From Scyliorhinus canicula (taxonomy: Eukaryota), in the NCBI RefSeq assembly GCF_902713615.1, contig NC_052161.1:120568636-120632635 (forward strand): a DNA stretch of 64,000 nucleotides, given 5' to 3'. The notes below the pieces were generated by a model. The model made no database searches. It saw nothing but the letters and a program-made list of their open reading frames with translations, and was not told where the DNA came from. The translations under genes were made by a program, and so were the position numbers. This document shows positions 58,659 through 64,000 of the stretch, piece by piece; position 1 is the first letter of the stretch, and every line of letters begins with the position of its first letter.

Positions 58659-60573
58659 CCGTACTTTCCGGACTATAAAGCGCACCTGACTATAAGCCGC
58701 ACCCACTGATTTTGAAATTTTTGTTTTATTTTGAACATAAATAAGCCGCACACGTATATAAGCCGCAGGTGCTTACCGGTACATTGAAACAAATGAGCTT
58801 TACACAGGCTTTAACAAAATACGGCTTGTAACAAAAATAAAAAATTAGCGGTAAAGAATAGCCTACCAAGAAAGTCATTGGTCACTGTGGAGCGAAATCA
58901 ATCCGATTAAGCTCTTAAGATTAACATAGAATCATCAGTTTGAAACATTAAAAATAAATAAATCATGTGTAAAAAGAAGTATTTTATTACTGATCGTAAT
59001 CAAGATATCACCAACCCAGGTGATCAGAGTCACTATCCTCCTCTTGTGCACTGAAACCACTGAAGTCATCTCCTTCAGTGTCAGAGTTGAATAGCCTCAG
59101 AATTGCTTCATCTGATGTTGGATTGTTTTCATTGTCGCTCTCATCACTTTCATCCGGAGGCAAATTTCCCGCTGAGCTCATGCTGCCCTCTTCAACATGC
59201 AGCAATCCAGCTTTTCGAAACCCGTTGATGATAGTGGATTTTTTAACAATGCTCCACGCTGTCAGGACCCACTGGCAGACTTGACCATAAGTTGCTCTTC
59301 GCATGCGGCCCGTTTTAGTGAAGGATTTCTCCCCACTTGTCATCCAAGCCTCCCACTGAACACGAAGCGCCACCTTAAATGCACGATTTAAACTGATGTC
59401 GAGTGGCTGTAAATACTTTGTTGTGCCCCCAGGAATCACAGCTGGAATTGAGTTTGTCCTCTTGATGGCTTCTTTCACAGAATCTGTTATGTGGGCCCTC
59501 ATGCTGTCCAAAACGAGCAATGCCTTGTTCCTGTGAAAGAATCCTCCCGGTCGCTTGCCGTAGCACTCCGTATGCCATTCATGCATTAGGCTTTCCGTCA
59601 TCCATCCTTTCTTGTTGACTTTCACAACAATTCCTGTAGGGAATTTTTCTTTTGGTATCGTCGTGCGTTTAAAAATCACCATCGGTGGAAGCTTTTCTCC
59701 CGATGCCGTGCAACTCAGAACACAGGTGAAGTGCGTTTTTTCATGCCCAGTTGTTTTCAGCATGACGGATGATTCACCTTTCCTGTTGACAGTCCGAGTG
59801 AGAGGCAGGTCAAATGTCAGAGGAACCTCATCCATATTTATGATATTGTGCGGGCCAATGGAATGCTCTGCTATCATTGCATCAGTGAATTTGCGGAAGT
59901 TTGAAATTTTTTCCTCGTAGTCGGGAGGGAGCTGCTGACACAAACTCGTCCGTACCCTGATGGACAGGCCTTTACGTCTCATAAATCTGAGACACCACGA
60001 TGGTCCACCTCTAAAATTCTCAAACTTCATTGCGGTGGCGATTGTTTTGGCTTTCAGTCGGATCTGTACAGTTGAAACACCTCGGCCGTCTGCTCTCTGC
60101 ATGTTGACCCAGTCTTCGAGCTCATTTTCTAGTTCGGGCCATCTGCTTTTCTTCCCTCTGAAAGCTTTAGTCGTCTTTTTGCACTGAGTCAATTCCTCAC
60201 GCTGCTGTTTCCAACGTCTTATCATCGACTCATTAAGACCAAGCTCTAGTGCAGCAGCTCTATTTCCTTTCCCAACAGCCAGATCGATCGCCTTCAACTT
60301 GAAAGCTGCATCATATGCATTTCTCCGTGTCTTTGCCATGATGAGGGTGACAAAATGACTACCGTAATCAGAATGATGGGATGTTTGAGCGCGCTCGATT
60401 TAATCTAAACAGTAAACTAAAAAGTTACATTGTTTTACCTTGACCCGTTACGCAATTTCATTGGTTTAGTGAAAAGAAAGCGGGAAAAATCCATAAATAA
60501 GCCGCGTCGTTGTATAAGCCGCGAGGTTCGAAACGTGTGAAATAAGTCGCGGCTTATAGTCCGGAAAGTACAG
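58659..60573 (-). mobile_element. Full-length pogo-superfamily DNA transposon (DD35D, POGK/Passer-like)
   Basis: 20-bp TIRs with 1 mismatch (CCGTACTTTCCGGACTATAA at 58659-58678 / TTATAGTCCGGAAAGTACAG at 60554-60573). Subterminal TAAGCCGC repeats. Absent from the paralogous site at ~30368. Confidence 0.93.
59008..60339 (-). CDS. Intact 443-aa pogo transposase (Brinker-like HTH, CENP-B HTH, DDE_1 domain)
   Basis: Uninterrupted ORF with YDAAFKLKAI, GGPSWCLRFMRR, NMDEVP, LVLDS and LQPLD; 35 residues between the 2nd and 3rd Asp. Confidence 0.92.
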   Translation of the reverse strand: MAKTRRNAYDAAFKLKAIDLAVGKGNRAAALELGLNESMIRRWKQQREELTQCKKTTKAFRGKKSRWPELENELEDWVNMQRADGRGVSTVQIRLKAKTIATAMKFENFRGGPSWCLRFMRRKGLSIRVRTSLCQQLPPDYEEKISNFRKFTDAMIAEHSIGPHNIINMDEVPLTFDLPLTRTVNRKGESSVMLKTTGHEKTHFTCVLSCTASGEKLPPMVIFKRTTIPKEKFPTGIVVKVNKKGWMTESLMHEWHTECYGKRPGGFFHRNKALLVLDSMRAHITDSVKEAIKRTNSIPAVIPGGTTKYLQPLDISLNRAFKVALRVQWEAWMTSGEKSFTKTGRMRRATYGQVCQWVLTAWSIVKKSTIINGFRKAGLLHVEEGSMSSAGNLPPDESDESDNENNPTSDEAILRLFNSDTEGDDFSGFSAQEEDSDSDHLGW

Positions 60574-61353
60574 TTTTATTTAGTAGCTTCCACTGTAAAT
60601 GTGAACATAGGAATTTATACCAATCTGCCTGTGAAACAAGGACACCAATATATTCTCATTCTACGACATTCATCTTGTTTCAGCTGAATCCTCCCATGTG
60701 TAATGCAATAGATGATTCAAGCACTAGCAAATGTGTAAATGGTCAATCAGTCTTGGTTTTTATTCTCCAATGGAGATAGATTTGAAACAAATATAATTTT
60801 ACAATTTCAGTAATAGCTTTGATTCTGTTTACAGTTTGTGTTGACAGTTCAACTCTCCAACAGTTGTGAGATTGGAGTAACTAAAAAAGTCCTCACAGTT
60901 CAATCTCATTTCTCTTGCTGGTGTCTCTGTCCTAGGCTAGTCCTCTACCTCATTCCTTATCACAGAACATATAACAGCCATCTGTATCTGTAAAATAATT
61001 TCCCACTGCAGCTTAGCAATTGCTGGCAGACATAATCATTTACCTGAATAATTTCATCCATATCCAGACACACTAATAGTTAACTTTGTCAAACCTGTCC
61101 CACCTCCACGTCACTGTGCGTGTGGAGTTTGCACATTCTCCCCGTGTCTGCGCGGGTCTCACCCCCAGAAACCCAAAGATGTGCATGATAGGTGAAATGG
61201 CCATGCTAGATTGGCCCTTAATTGGAAACAAATTAGTACTCTAAATTTACAAAAAAAAACTTTGTCTAACCTGGTTCGAAGAATGGATGGTGATTATTAA
61301 ATTCATTATTTCAGTGTGTTAATTTTAAGAAGCCTTCCTTATCTTGGTCTGTC

Positions 61354-63323
<1,970 letters not shown>

Positions 63324-63635
63324 CTATAAAGAAATCCACATTAAAACATTCTGCTTTTTACAAGTTATTTCACAGTAGCAAGATCAGCAAACACCAACTG
63401 CATCATTAATGGAAACCCTGCCCTCACCACAAAATAAAGCCATGCAAAGCTGTAGCATCAGATCATCTCAGAAATTGCTCAAAGTGTTTTCTATGATATA
63501 TATCACTCTAAAGAGCACGACTGTTTTATACCTTTTGTTACAAGACCCAATGACATAAATCCTTTACTGGCGTTTGAAGGAATGTTGGCCATGACTCAAG
63601 CAGATCTCCCTGCTCCGCATCATAAATCGTGACTT

Positions 63636-63950
63636 GGGCAACACGGTAGCACAAGTGGATAGCATTGTGGCTTCACAGCGCCAGGGTCCCAGGTTCAATT
63701 CCCTGCTGGGTCACTGTCTGTGAGGAGTCTGCACGTTCTCCCCGTGTCTGCGTGGGTTTCCTCCAGGTGCTCCGGATTCCTCCCACAGTCCAAAGACGTG
63801 CAGGTTAGGTGGATTGGCCATGATAAATTGCCCTTAGTGATCAAAAAAGGTTAGAAGGGGTTATTGGGATAGGGTGGAAGTGAGGGCTTAAATGGGTTGG
63901 TGCAGACCCGATGGGCCGAATGGCCTCCTTCTGCACTGTATGTTCTATGT
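63636..63950 (+). mobile_element. V-SINE with CR1-derived tail (HE1-like); representative copy
   Basis: Same head; tail GGGCCGAATGGCCTCCTTCTGCACTGTATGTTCTATG. Others at ~19235, 20128, 21040, 22805, 35610, 46810, 57990. Confidence 0.88.
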
Positions 63951-64000
63951 GATGGGATCTTTAACATCTGCTGAGTAAGAAAGTTAGGATGAGGAGCTAA

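Noticed and set aside
59008-60339. Domesticated POGK orthologue
   Set aside because: No KRAB exon, TIRs are retained, and the paralogous site is empty, so it is a mobile copy.

Overview
This is a repeat-rich vertebrate locus, most likely from a shark (inferred from the HE1/V-SINE-like SINEs and CR1/L1 LINEs). It holds the 5' half of EMC1 (minus strand, 12 coding exons, running off the left edge) head-to-head with a complete 8-exon MRTO4 (plus strand). A complete 7-exon AKR7A2-like aldehyde reductase follows on the minus strand, and exons 3-7 of a second, very similar AKR7A copy run off the right edge, produced by a tandem segmental duplication (~28.1-34.1 kb vs ~55.8-64 kb). Between the two AKR7A copies lies an intron-containing, truncated MAD2L2 (REV7) pseudogene fragment that the ORF track largely misses. 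Also between them are a 28-bp GC-box/RCGTG minisatellite directly upstream of AKR7A copy 1, a full-length decayed L1, a full-length dead hAT transposon and an apparently intact DD35D pogo (POGK/Passer-like) transposon. The paralogous blocks supply empty sites for several insertions. No CRISPR array, rRNA or genuine tRNA gene was seen. Gene identities come from my recall of the human proteins, not from a database search.
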